Source of the DNA: Cyanophyceae cyanobacterium
GTDB lineage: Bacteria > Cyanobacteriota > Cyanobacteriia > Cyanobacteriales > JBHJGN01
Reading direction: 5' to 3'
Assembly (NCBI GenBank): GCA_050331735.1
Contig: JBHJGN010000046.1
Coordinates: 19,424 to 83,423 of the forward strand
Length of the DNA stretch: 64,000 nt
Position 1 is the stretch's first letter; every line of letters starts with the position of its first letter. Shown one piece after another: positions 31,913 to 41,743 of the stretch. The notes under the pieces are model-generated. The model made no database searches and was not told the origin of the DNA. It worked only from the letters and a program-made list of their open reading frames with translations. Made by a program: the position numbers and the translations under genes.

Positions 31913-31974
31913 ACATAACAACTAGTTAAACTGCTCAAGTTATTGTAGAGCAGTGTTTGAAAAACTTGTTATGG
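31913..31974 (-). other. Integron attC-like recombination site
   Basis: Minus strand: CCATAAC-AAGTT-TTTCAAAC-ACTGCTC...GAGCA-GTTTAAC-TAGTT-GTTATGT; matches R''/L''/L'/R' layout with an extra C in L''. Confidence 0.55.
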
Positions 31975-32161
31975 GGCGATCGCACATACGACAAGCGAGT
32001 TGCTGATGTCAATTCGGGATAGGCAACTACAAGCCAGGAATTATGCTAGAGCAGCAGGAAGCTTCTCGGTAACGAGTGATGAAATTTATAGAAGTTGTAT
32101 GAGTATGGGTATAGCATCAGCTTCCGCTATCATAGACATCAGCAAACAGCTTTACCGACTT

Positions 32162-32386
32162 ATGAACTACCACGACATCATCACAATCGAACCTGGCAAA
32201 AGAAGTGGTAAACCCTGTATTCGAGGAATGCGAATTACGGTGTATGATATTCTAGAATATCTTGCAGGCGGCATGACAGAAAAAGAGATTCTAGAAGACT
32301 TTTCTGAACTCTCCTCCGAAGACATTAAAGCCTGTCTTGCTTTTGCCGCAGACCGCGAGAAGAAGCTATTCGTGGCATTTTTGTGA
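32162..32386 (+). CDS. DUF433 antitoxin (VapB45-like)
   Basis: ITIEPGKRSGKPCIRGMRITVYDIL; stop overlaps the toxin start (GTGA). Confidence 0.92.
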   Translation: MNYHDIITIEPGKRSGKPCIRGMRITVYDILEYLAGGMTEKEILEDFSELSSEDIKACLAFAADREKKLFVAFL

Positions 32387-32731
32387 AACTGCTTCTAGAC
32401 GAAAACCTTTCTGATCGAATCATTGCCCGGCTCGTAGATCTGTATCCTAACTCAGCGCATGTCAAAACACTGGCGCTTGTTCAAAGTGATGATTTAATGA
32501 TTTGGGAATATGCCAAAGCAAATAATTTTGTGATTGTTTCCAAAGATTCGGATTTTCACCAACGTAGTCTTCTTTACGGTCACCCTCCGAAATTCATCTA
32601 TCTCCGTGTTGGCAATTGTCCAAGTTGGCAATTGTCCAACCTCTAAAATTGTGCAAATCTTGCGGGACAATTATGCAACGATTAGCCAGTTTGGGGATGC
32701 AGAGCAAGAAAGTATCTTGGTGTTGGTTTGA
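32383..32731 (+). pseudogene. DUF5615 PIN toxin (VapC45-like), frameshifted
   Basis: MKLLLDENL...VSKDSDF; 16-bp tandem duplication at 32608-32639 shifts the frame; C-terminus continues in ORF 32534..32731. Confidence 0.88.
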
Positions 32732-33023
32732 AGAGCAAGCACAGCCTAACAATTTAAATGCAGCGGACTTTAATAAACCACTCAGAGCTAAAAATTACAG
32801 CGATCGCATCTCGTTAAACCTCAAGGTCGAGCCAATGAAACCAGTGTAGAATCGGACAAGGAGACTATATGGAAAGACTATTTTAAGGCATTACCTATAC
32901 GGTGGAAACTGCCCCATCAAATGACCATTTCTTGAAGGGTACGCGCAGTCCTGATTGGATTGAGGTGTTAGGTAGTTCAAGAGCGTCGTTACCCAAATAG
33001 GGTGTCATCCAAAAAAAGTTTTG

Positions 33024-33418
33024 CTACTCTGCTGTTCCTTCTAAAGAAAGTTGTTTCAGCAAAGTTTGAATGAGGCTAGGGGACACTCGAAACGTGGTTT
33101 GCTGTAACCGAAAAATCACTTTAGGCAAATCCACAATTTCTAGAGTAGCTGCCTCTTCCAAAATGCCCAATGCACCAGCAATCCTAATCTTTTTGGAGCG
33201 GGCAACTCGGCGAGCTTTTCGATCGTCTGCTAACAGCAAATCTGCGCTCAACTGCTCCGCTCGTAAAATTGCCCTCACGTTCACCCAAATCTAACTCTGC
33301 AAGAACTGCATCAGGTTGAACATTAACAGGGTGGATTTCCAGCTAGATAGGAGGTTCTTCTATCCAACGTTTAACAATCTCTGGCGCTCACTCATCTGCT
33401 AATTCAGCTCGTACAGCC
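33024..33418 (-). pseudogene. DUF3368-type PIN protein pseudogene
   Basis: AVRAELADE*APEIVKRW..PP.*LE...LDLGERE, then frameshift to AIL...LLLADDRKARR; 5' end missing. Confidence 0.8.
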
Positions 33419-33582
33419 TATTGTCAATCATAGCTATCTACCAATGGTCGGGGACAGTCGAATCAGTCGAATCAGTTGAGGCTAATACCGATAATTACCC
33501 TTACCGGAATTAAAACAAGCTGTTGATTAACGAGATTATTCGAACATCACCAGCTCAAACAATCAACCCGAAGATTCCAAGA

Positions 33583-33930
33583 CTAATCAAGATTGGGAGC
33601 GGTGGTGTCAATGTGAACAGGATTATATTCCTCGATCAAGTTGGTATTGGCAAAGTCGGGAGGCGAAGCGTAAGCCAAGATAAAAAAGCCAGTACTTTCA
33701 GAAATTTCATGTCCACTTCCAGGGGAGTTAGTGTAGACGGATTTGGTCATAGCATGATAGTGCCGCTCAATACTTCCATTCAAAACGGTGTACCACAGAA
33801 TACTGATATGCTCGGTTTCTGCCGCCCCTGCAAGAATGAGCTTTTTCAAATTTGGTCTGAAGGTAAAAAAGTCATAGTTGTTTGGATTTGTTGTCAGATC
33901 GTCCAAATCGATGATCGTCGAGCGGCTCAA
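33583..33930 (-). pseudogene. Degenerate cupin-like protein
   Basis: HYH...SVY joined almost directly to PGSGH, so the segment between cupin motifs appears deleted. Confidence 0.5.
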
Positions 33931-34094
33931 TCCAGAGAAATAATCCTAAATTATTGGTAGCCTGTGAATCGTTGAAGTTAAAGTTCAAGCCCAAAATAAG
34001 TCCTACTACAGATAAAATTTTCCCAATCACTGCCTATCACTCCTTTTTTGAATAAGATCGGTGATAACAACTGAAAAGCCCTGTTGCGATCGAA

Positions 34095-34781
34095 CTACTG
34101 GTGACATAACTCCTTTAACTGCTTTAGCACCGTTACTGAATCGGATGTCCAGCCAACAATACCCCCCTGCGCCCTCACCATCTCTAAGGTGGACTGTTTG
34201 AACGCCGGAAAATAGCTCTCAGTACAGTCCTCAACCAGAAGGCACTCATACCCCCGATCGTTAGCTTCCCGCAGAGTCGTTTGTACGCAGACTTCAGTGG
34301 TCACGCCCGTAAACAATAGGTGGGTGATTCTGTTTTCCGTCAGTACCTGTTGGAGAGAGGTGTGGTAAAAAGCGCCCTTACCGGGTTTAGTAATCACGGT
34401 TTCTCCAGGCAGAGGAGCTAGTTCGGCGATGATACTGTTCCCCGGTTCCCCCTTGACTAAAATGCGTCCCATCGGACCTTGGTCTCCAATTTTGAGTCTT
34501 CCCTCCCCCCCCCGCCTAAGCTTTGCGGGAGGACAGTCGGAAAGGTCGCTCTCGTGGCATTCCTGAGTATGGATCACGGGCAATCCCAAGTCCCGGAAGG
34601 CGGCTAGCAGAGTCTGGAGCGGGGGAACGATCGCCTGAAGCCGTAATACATCATTGCCGAGACTAGCACCAAAGCCTCCCGGTTCTAAGAAATCCCGCTG
34701 CATATCGATGATGATTAACGCCAGGGAGTGGAAGGAATTAGGAAGAGGGTAGGGATAGGGCAGGGCGGGAAGGGTAGGCAT
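34095..34781 (-). CDS. Cysteine hydrolase (isochorismatase family, biuret hydrolase-like)
   Basis: D-K-C triad: [21 protein letters not shown]. Confidence 0.9.
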   Translation of the reverse strand: MPTLPALPYPYPLPNSFHSLALIIIDMQRDFLEPGGFGASLGNDVLRLQAIVPPLQTLLAAFRDLGLPVIHTQECHESDLSDCPPAKLRRGGEGRLKIGDQGPMGRILVKGEPGNSIIAELAPLPGETVITKPGKGAFYHTSLQQVLTENRITHLLFTGVTTEVCVQTTLREANDRGYECLLVEDCTESYFPAFKQSTLEMVRAQGGIVGWTSDSVTVLKQLKELCHQ

Positions 34782-34930
34782 TGGGAATAAAAATAGACAA
34801 ATAAAAAATGTGAGAGTCGTTAATCGGGTGGGAGAGTTAGGCACAGGTATTATCGTTTGTTCTCCCTCCCTCCTTATAGGTAATGAGTCTTGTATTGGGG
34901 CATCACGACGCTAAGAAAAGAAACGGTTTC

Positions 34931-35860
34931 CTAATGCCCAGCCATCCGCTGACCGATCAGAGTGTAGTCAGCAGTGGCAGTTGTACTTTCATAGACAAAT
35001 TCGCCTTCGCTGATGACGATGAGGCGATCGCTAAGCTTGAGGAGTTCGTCGAGATCCTCGCTCACCAACAGCACGGCAACTCCCTGGTTACGTGCTTCGA
35101 CAATGTTGGTGTGGATAACAACAGTGCTGAAGTCTAGCCCGAAGCAGGGATTGGCAGCGATGAGCAGGTTAATGTCGTTGGACGAGAGTTCTCGCGCCAG
35201 CACGGTGCGCTGCACATTACCCCCCGAAAGATGGTTGACGGGGGTTTCAGGAGACGGAGTTTTGACAGAGAATTGTTGAATGAGCGCGATCGCCTTGGCT
35301 CGAATAGCTTTGAGGCGGAGCAGCCCTCCCCTGGACTGGGGCGGTTTGTCGAAGGTTCGCAACGCCATGTTTTCAGCCACAGACATCTGAGGAACACAGG
35401 CGTTGCGGAGGGGTTCTTCCGGCAGCACAAACACGCGATGCTTGGTCAGTTCGGCACGAATGGCGGTGTAGGAATCGCCCTCCACCCGAATCTCGCCTTG
35501 GGTAGGTTCCCGTTGCCCCGCCAACACTTCTACCAGTTCTCGCTGTCCATTACCAGAAATCCCGGCGATGCCGACAATTTCTCTCCGGTGAACGGTGAGG
35601 CTAACTCCCCGCAAAGCTTCCACCCCATCCTCATCGGCATGGAGATCGTTCACTTCCAGCACAGGAGACGGCTGTACGGCAACCTTGTTGACGGGCGACG
35701 GTTCCTTGCGCTCCCTCATCATCATTTCTGCCATGTCTGCCACGCTCAGGTCTTGAACAGCCCCCTGTCCGGCTAAGCCACCCTTGCGGAGAACCGTAAT
35801 TTCATCAGCAAAGGCGGTCACTTCACGAAACTCGTGGGAGATCATCAAAACGCTCAGTTC
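34931..35860 (-). pseudogene. 5'-truncated sugar/nucleoside-type ABC ATPase
   Basis: Begins at the H-loop of domain 1 (LSVLMISH); second domain has GISGNGQ and LSGGNVQ; N-terminal half lost at the IS1 junction. Confidence 0.85.
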
Positions 35861-36278
35861 CCCTTATGTCTAACAAACGACCGCGCTTCATCACATTCAA
35901 GCGTCAATCGGCCTTTTTTTTTGCCTTAAGGTTGGCGTGACGGCGAACGCTCTCATATTTGGCATTCACATATTGCTGTAACCAAGGTTCTGACACCTCT
36001 ACAACCCGCGCAATCCCGGCTAAGGGCAGTTTTTCTAGTAACAGTTTGTCCATCAAGGCTTTCGTCGCATCATCAATGATCTTATTCTGAGGGTCTTTGA
36101 CGAACTGACGACCACAATCATTGCATTTATGATTTTGCTTGCCATTGTAAATCGTGCCGTTCTTAACGACATTTGTAGACGCACAATCAGGATACTTGGG
36201 TAATGAGGATGACATAATGAGGCCGATTCACAATTTGATGGCTACCCATTAGCCTATCCTTACATCTTTAGGACTACC
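35858..36278 (-). mobile_element. Truncated IS1-family element
   Basis: End GGTAGTCCTAAAGATGTAAG at 36278; InsA-like ORF 35904..36215; A9 run at 35914-35922; InsB start KKGRLTLECDEARSFV then cut. Confidence 0.88.
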
Positions 36279-36541
36279 CACAACTGCCTCTGCGGACAGC
36301 AATTGGATTGATTGAACAACTCAAGCATCCCTCTATTCAAATGACACTCGCGTAAGTTCTGAAAGAGATTCTTTACGTTTCACAAAATTAATAGTGGTAA
36401 CTGCTTTTATAAAAATTACTAAAACCAAAGATTTACATTCATTAGTTTACAAAATATGTACGGTAGTATTTTTGAGATTTAAGCTGAAATTTAAGCTTGA
36501 AAAAGAACGAATAAAAATTGAATAAATTAGGGTTATAGGTC

Positions 36542-37378
36542 ATGACTACAATCAACGGAACTGACGAAGCTGACATACTCATTGGGACTCCAAACGATGA
36601 TGTCATTAATGGATTGGGAGGAAATGATCGGATATTCGCCAAAGATGGTAGGGATAACGTGCTAGGTGGAGCAGGCAATGATATCATCCGTGGCGGAGAT
36701 GGAGATGATCTACTTCGTGGAGAAGATGGTCGCGATTTCCTCAAAGGCGGAGACGGCATTGATCTCCTTGATGGTGGAGCAGGCAATGACCTTCTCAAAG
36801 GCGGAGACGGCAGCGACTCACTTTTCGGCGGCAATGATGACGACCTTCTGATTGGTGGAGACGGAGATGACCTTCTTAGTGATTTTTTAGATGGAGATGA
36901 CGTTCTTATCGGCGGAGCTGGGAATGATGACCTTGATGCTGGCGAAGGGAATGAACTTCTTCTTGGTGGAACTGGGAATGATGACCTTTCCAGTGGAGCC
37001 GGCAATGACACTCTTATCGGTGGTAGTGGTGCCGATAGATTCATCTTTTTCTCAAATAGACCCTTTGCTGCCAGCGACTATGGAAGCAACACAATCGCTG
37101 ACTTTGAAGCAGACACAGATCAAATCCTGCTTGAACAAGAATCTTTTACTGCTCTCACTAATATGATGGGTGGGTTAATAGCTCCTGATGAGTTTGCAAC
37201 TGTCGCTAATGACATAGATGCTTCTACTAGTGAAGCTTTTGTTATCTACAGTACAAGCACAGGCAATCTGTTTTATAATCAGAACGGAGCTGACCCAAAT
37301 CTAGGAACAGGCGATAAGTTTGCGACGCTTTTGGGCATTCCTTCACTAAGTGCTGAAGATATTGCCGTTATAAGCTAA
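36542..37378 (+). CDS. RTX/hemolysin-type calcium-binding protein
   Basis: Many GGxGxDxL nonapeptides; C-terminal TGNLFYNQNG...FATL. Confidence 0.93.
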   Translation: MTTINGTDEADILIGTPNDDVINGLGGNDRIFAKDGRDNVLGGAGNDIIRGGDGDDLLRGEDGRDFLKGGDGIDLLDGGAGNDLLKGGDGSDSLFGGNDDDLLIGGDGDDLLSDFLDGDDVLIGGAGNDDLDAGEGNELLLGGTGNDDLSSGAGNDTLIGGSGADRFIFFSNRPFAASDYGSNTIADFEADTDQILLEQESFTALTNMMGGLIAPDEFATVANDIDASTSEAFVIYSTSTGNLFYNQNGADPNLGTGDKFATLLGIPSLSAEDIAVIS

Positions 37379-37583
37379 GTTATTGAAGAGATTAAAAAGA
37401 CATACTCGTTTTATTGACTTATTGACAAGTAGTTCTTAATATCAGGCGGTTTGTTTTCTCTCTTTCAAGAACTGATTTTTGTTTAGGTCTGTTGCCATAA
37501 GCTAATAGCAACCTTTAATACTTGCAAAAGCTGCCAATCTCTTTTGTGTTCGCTAGTTTGGAAAGTCTACTACTTTGGGGTCA

Positions 37584-38444
37584 ATGAGAATTCTTTTCAC
37601 CATTCCCCACTTTTTCAATTCTGAAGCCGAAGGTAAGCACGGTTCGCAAAGAAAAAATTTCCAGCCTCGCCTTCGAGCTTTGAGCGCAGGAATCACGGCA
37701 TTACACCAGCTATTTGGTGATTCTCAAAGGATTATCGACCACGGACAGCGTTTGGCACTCCCAGTTAACCAACCCCGAGGGTGTGAGGTTGATATTGTTA
37801 TCTGTACTACCAGAAACTGCCATCTCCTGAGTCACTTTCTCTTGTTAAAACATTTATACAAGCATCAAGTGATTCAGGTAAACCCTCTTCTCTTAGGCTT
37901 TGAATGTCAGGCAATTCTGCGGGATTGCCTTGGTCAGTATGACTATTACTGCTACCTTGAAGACGACCTCATCGTTCGTGACCCCTGGCTGTTTATCAAA
38001 TTAAATTGGTTTAGCCAGCAGGTAGGAAACGTATGCTTGCTTCAGCCTAATCGCTACGAAGTTTCCACTCAAGGTCCAATCTACAAAGCTTATATTGACG
38101 GCAACCTGGCTCCGCAGGTAACTGCGCCCTTCCAAAATATTCAGGAGCAAGCTTTGCTCAAAGGCGAGGTTTTGAAAGTACCAATTACTTTCCATCGCCC
38201 TTCAAATCCCCACTCAGGCTGTTATTTTTTGAATGCTGAGCAAATGGCCTACTGGGTGAAGCAGCCCTATTTTCTCGATCGAGATACAAGTTTTATTGGT
38301 CCACTCGAAAGTGCTGCGACGTTAGGAATCATGAAGACGTTCCAAGTTTACAAAGCAGCGCCAGAACAAGCTGATTTCCTGGAGGTGCAGCACTTTGGAA
38401 CGCAATATCTAAAGCTTATTGGCGAGCGGGGGCGTCTGCTTTAA
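37584..38444 (+). CDS. Hypothetical protein, possible GT-A fold
   Basis: MRILFTIPH start; YDYYCYLEDDL DxD-like motif. Confidence 0.65.
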   Translation: MRILFTIPHFFNSEAEGKHGSQRKNFQPRLRALSAGITALHQLFGDSQRIIDHGQRLALPVNQPRGCEVDIVICTTRNCHLLSHFLLLKHLYKHQVIQVNPLLLGFECQAILRDCLGQYDYYCYLEDDLIVRDPWLFIKLNWFSQQVGNVCLLQPNRYEVSTQGPIYKAYIDGNLAPQVTAPFQNIQEQALLKGEVLKVPITFHRPSNPHSGCYFLNAEQMAYWVKQPYFLDRDTSFIGPLESAATLGIMKTFQVYKAAPEQADFLEVQHFGTQYLKLIGERGRLL

Positions 38445-38470
38445 ATTCGCCTGCAATTTAGAACGGATTG

Positions 38471-38518
38471 AGTTACTCTCTAGCGCAGCATTCTAGTTAC
38501 TCTCTAGCGCAGCATTCT
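38471..38518. repeat. Perfect 24-bp tandem duplication
   Basis: AGTTACTCTCTAGCGCAGCATTCT x2. Confidence 0.95.
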
Positions 38519-38524
38519 ATAGAC

Positions 38525-39040
38525 CACAATCCCCCACCGTAGTCAAGACACCACCAAAGCCAAGTAGTCCCCAGTAGGGACGGACGTGTTGCCGCTGACC
38601 CAAAGTCTTGACCACTATTGTAGCCGTGAGCTACCGTCATCTCTGACCATTTATGAACATTCCCTCTAGCTCGAATAAATGTCGTTTGAGATACTCTTGA
38701 AAAGGCTGACCAGAGGTGCTCTCGACAATGGCTGCAAGTAGACCATAGCCCGTATCAGAATATCAATACCTTTTAAACCATATCCCTCCTCAAAAATAAC
38801 TCCGCCATTTTGAGCCACCAGAACCGCACCGGAAAATCCAGCCTCTTCTAGCACATCAAGATAGCTTTCGAGCTGAGCAATTATCTTCTTGCAAGTCCGT
38901 TGCTCAGTTTGAGCCACTTGTGATTCATGACTAATCGGTTGCTCGTTGAGGTCTGATGACACAGATTGCGTTGAACACCCTACTAAAAAAATTAGTAAGC
39001 TTGAGCAAATCTTTGCTCGTCCAACCCTGCGCGTTCTCAT
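38525..39040 (-). pseudogene. Serine hydrolase (beta-lactamase family) lipoprotein pseudogene
   Basis: LVGC lipobox and FSGAVLVAQNG...GYG; SxxK region absent; YSDTGYGLLAAIVE and GGVLTT appear in other frames. Confidence 0.8.
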
Positions 39041-39203
39041 CGTTGATCTCCTAATATTCAAACCCGCTCTCTAAGAGCTTAAATAAAATTTGTAAAGACT
39101 TGACAACAAAAAACGATTGTCAGCGGAATACTAGCTTTGTTGTATCCTTGCACTATGTCCGCCTATATTTTTCTTGAGGTTCATCCTTAGAAGCGACAAG
39201 ACT

Positions 39204-40049
39204 ATGAGCCGTAAAGGACAATCGATTACCCTCTCTATTTCTGAGCAAAATAAAGCAAGATTAGAGTCCCTCGCCCTGGAGTTTGGCATGATGTGGGGCG
39301 ATCGCCCAAACATCTCCAAACTCATCGAGGCGATCGCCCGTCATCATCTCCAGGTAACAGCCAACAATAATTGGTCAAACTACCGCATAGAAGCCCTTCA
39401 GGTAGCCATCAGAACCTTAATAGATACAGGCAAAATAGACGAAGCGAGAGAATTGGCCTGGTTGCTGAGCGAGCGCAGCGAACTGCCTGCTCCTTTTCGG
39501 GGAGAGATCGAGCAGTTTCTAAATAATCCGTTACCGCCCTGGCGCTTGGAAATGAATCGCTTGATTCGCCTTCAGCAGCCCTTTCGTCTGGCCTACCGAG
39601 ATGCAGCCGATCGCCTCTGGAGCTATACCGTTTTGTACGCACAGAATGTCCTTATAAAACGACAGCCCTATCTGCTGTGCCGATGTGAAGAATCCGGAGA
39701 GGAAGTTGCAGGACTACAGCACAACTGGACATTGAGATTAAACCGGATTACCGAAGCAGCAGTGGCCTCCGTTAGTAAACCTTGGGAACCAGATTTAGCA
39801 AGAATTCCGGTAGAATTTGAACTCCGGGGCGGACTCGCGTTTACCTATAGCCGCCACCCGGAAGACAGTAGCGTGAGCGATATTCAGGGCGATCCCCCTG
39901 AGCGCAGAATTGTGAGAAACATTTTTAGCACAGCGTGGTTTTTTCAAGAGATATCCCAGTATTGGGAAGACTCTATCGTGATATCTCCTCTCGATGTCCG
40001 CTCGCGTCTGCAAGAAAAACTCAACGCCATGCACCAGAATTATCAGTAA
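39204..40049 (+). CDS. WYL-domain regulator with RHH-like N-terminus (Sll7009-like)
   Basis: MSRKGQSITLS...WGDRPNISKL; YRDAA...PYL...NWTLRLNRI; WCX-like C-terminus. Confidence 0.85.
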   Translation: MSRKGQSITLSISEQNKARLESLALEFGMMWGDRPNISKLIEAIARHHLQVTANNNWSNYRIEALQVAIRTLIDTGKIDEARELAWLLSERSELPAPFRGEIEQFLNNPLPPWRLEMNRLIRLQQPFRLAYRDAADRLWSYTVLYAQNVLIKRQPYLLCRCEESGEEVAGLQHNWTLRLNRITEAAVASVSKPWEPDLARIPVEFELRGGLAFTYSRHPEDSSVSDIQGDPPERRIVRNIFSTAWFFQEISQYWEDSIVISPLDVRSRLQEKLNAMHQNYQ

Positions 40050-40088
40050 ACAAACAACAGGCCAACTGTTGAGCACGGAACGAGAAGA

Positions 40089-40784
40089 TTACTGCTGTCC
40101 GTATCTTTGTCGGCCCGCTGCCGTGGCTAGTTCAGGGCGCTCAGCTTCAATAAGAGCGCGATCGCGGATGCGACAGGAATCACAGATACCGCAAGGCTGC
40201 ACTCCTCCCTGATAGCAAGACCAAGTTTTTTCAATGGGCACTCCTAAACGGAGAGCGCGGCGCACAATGTCTACCTTAGTCTCTCTCACGAGAGGAGCGA
40301 CTAACTGAGGCGCGTTTCCCTCCAATCCAGATTTTGAAGAGAGCTGGGCGAGCCTTTGATACGTCTCCAGATACTCGGGACGGCAGTCGGGATAGCCTGA
40401 ATAATCAACGGCATTAATACCCAGATAAATCGTCCTTGCACTTTTCGCTTCCGCTAGGGAAAGCGCTACCGCAATAAATACTGTATTTCGCCCCGGCACG
40501 TAGGTATCAGGAATGACCCCTGGCTGAACTCCCTCCTTGGGAATAGACCGAGTCTTGTCCGTAAGAGCTGAACCGCCCCACAGAGATAAGTCGATGTCCA
40601 CAATGTAGTGTTCCTGAATGCTCAACGCCTCAACAATTTCTTTCGCCGCTGTTAGTTCTCGCTCGTGCCGCTGTCCGTAGCGAACAGACAGGGCGACCAA
40701 ATTATAGCCATCCGCGAGCGCCACTGCTGCCGTTGTCGCTGAATCTAGTCCTCCAGAAAGCAAAATTACGGCTGTTTCTTTCAT
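40089..40784 (-). CDS. queC: 7-cyano-7-deazaguanine synthase
   Basis: SGGLDS, TYVPGRN, YPDCR and CG.CDSC. Confidence 0.97.
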   Translation of the reverse strand: MKETAVILLSGGLDSATTAAVALADGYNLVALSVRYGQRHERELTAAKEIVEALSIQEHYIVDIDLSLWGGSALTDKTRSIPKEGVQPGVIPDTYVPGRNTVFIAVALSLAEAKSARTIYLGINAVDYSGYPDCRPEYLETYQRLAQLSSKSGLEGNAPQLVAPLVRETKVDIVRRALRLGVPIEKTWSCYQGGVQPCGICDSCRIRDRALIEAERPELATAAGRQRYGQQ

Positions 40785-40903
40785 CAGTTAAACTCCTATT
40801 GAGCGATCGGGGGGGATGGCAAAATTGTGCTTTTTCCCCAGCCGTTGAATAACGTTCACAATTAACACCTCTGTTGTGTCCGCACATAAAGAAGGTATAC
40901 TCT

Positions 40904-41296
40904 TTAGAGCTTGAATACTCGGTCGAGAGTCAGACGGGCGATCGCAAAACACAACAAACTTTCTATAACTAGAACAATCAGCAATGGCCCATCAAAACTA
41001 GAATCAACAGTCTCAACAGGTGCTAATCCTCGTACCAGGGTAAACGCTAGCACCACCCCATCTTTCAAGAAAGGATTGGCTGGCTCTGAGCGAACGGTAT
41101 AGCGATAGGTGACCCCAAACAAAAAGCCGCTCAGCCAAGCGACGACTGCTCTTAGGAATAAAAAGACTCCGGTCGCTGAAACGCCTACCAGCAAAAACCG
41201 AACCATCAGCAAAAAACCGTAGGCACACCCAAAAGACCAAGCGGCTGTTACTCCTACTTGAAAAGATTCTCTTCGTTGCGATCGCACATTGTCCAA
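40904..41296 (-). CDS. Conserved hypothetical membrane protein
   Basis: LFGVTYRY..R...N..LK.GVV.AF.LVR motif. Confidence 0.75.
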   Translation of the reverse strand: MDNVRSQRRESFQVGVTAAWSFGCAYGFLLMVRFLLVGVSATGVFLFLRAVVAWLSGFLFGVTYRYTVRSEPANPFLKDGVVLAFTLVRGLAPVETVDSSFDGPLLIVLVIESLLCFAIARLTLDRVFKL

Positions 41297-41368
41297 AATT
41301 TCCCCTAGATCTGCTCTCGACGCAGTACTATATTTCTAAGTAGCAATTTTAATTTTAATGAGGTAGCC

Positions 41369-41458
41369 ATGGATATTCTCATGCTCGGTTGGGTTAGTAT
41401 TTTAGCGCTCTTTACCTGGTCAATTGCCATGGTGGTGTGGGCGCGTAACGGTTTTTAA
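41369..41458 (+). CDS. petN: Cytochrome b6f subunit PetN
   Basis: Manual translation MDILMLGWVSILALFTWSIAMVVWARNGF; GAGG RBS. Confidence 0.96.
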   Translation: MDILMLGWVSILALFTWSIAMVVWARNGF

Positions 41459-41459
41459 T

Positions 41460-41597
41460 GTGGACATATCGATTCTTAATGGTCTGTTTTTAGCCGCTCT
41501 TGGATTGCTGGTAGTGATTAGTGGAGGCATTGTTTACCTGACTGCGGTGGAGTGGCGCGACCGCCGCCGTCGAGACCGAGATAAACGCTCGCTGTAG
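41460..41597 (+). CDS. Small single-TM protein (45 aa)
   Basis: GTG start 1 bp after the petN stop; ...GGIVYLTAVEWRDRRRRDRDKRSL. Confidence 0.75.
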   Translation: MDISILNGLFLAALGLLVVISGGIVYLTAVEWRDRRRRDRDKRSL

Positions 41598-41743
41598 ATT
41601 CAGGACAAGAGCATTCTCTTTCCCACCTCTGGTGTCGGGTAATTTTTACGGACACTTCTTGGATTGGCCAATCTTCTGCCGTCTTCATCTCCCCATTCTC
41701 TTGTTATGCTGAAAGCAGTCCCGCTGTCGATCGTGTGCTTCCT

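Noticed and set aside
32000..32161. N-terminal extension of the DUF433 ORF
   Set aside because: Family similarity starts at MNYHDII (32162)
33523..33960. 145-aa plus-strand ORF
   Set aside because: Antisense to the cupin-like remnant, which carries the recognisable motifs
36442..37044. 200-aa Ser/Pro/Arg-rich minus-strand ORF
   Set aside because: Antisense shadow of the RTX nonapeptide repeats
38471..38518. Possible CRISPR repeat near the WYL gene
   Set aside because: Only two abutting copies with no spacer; no array found anywhere in the window
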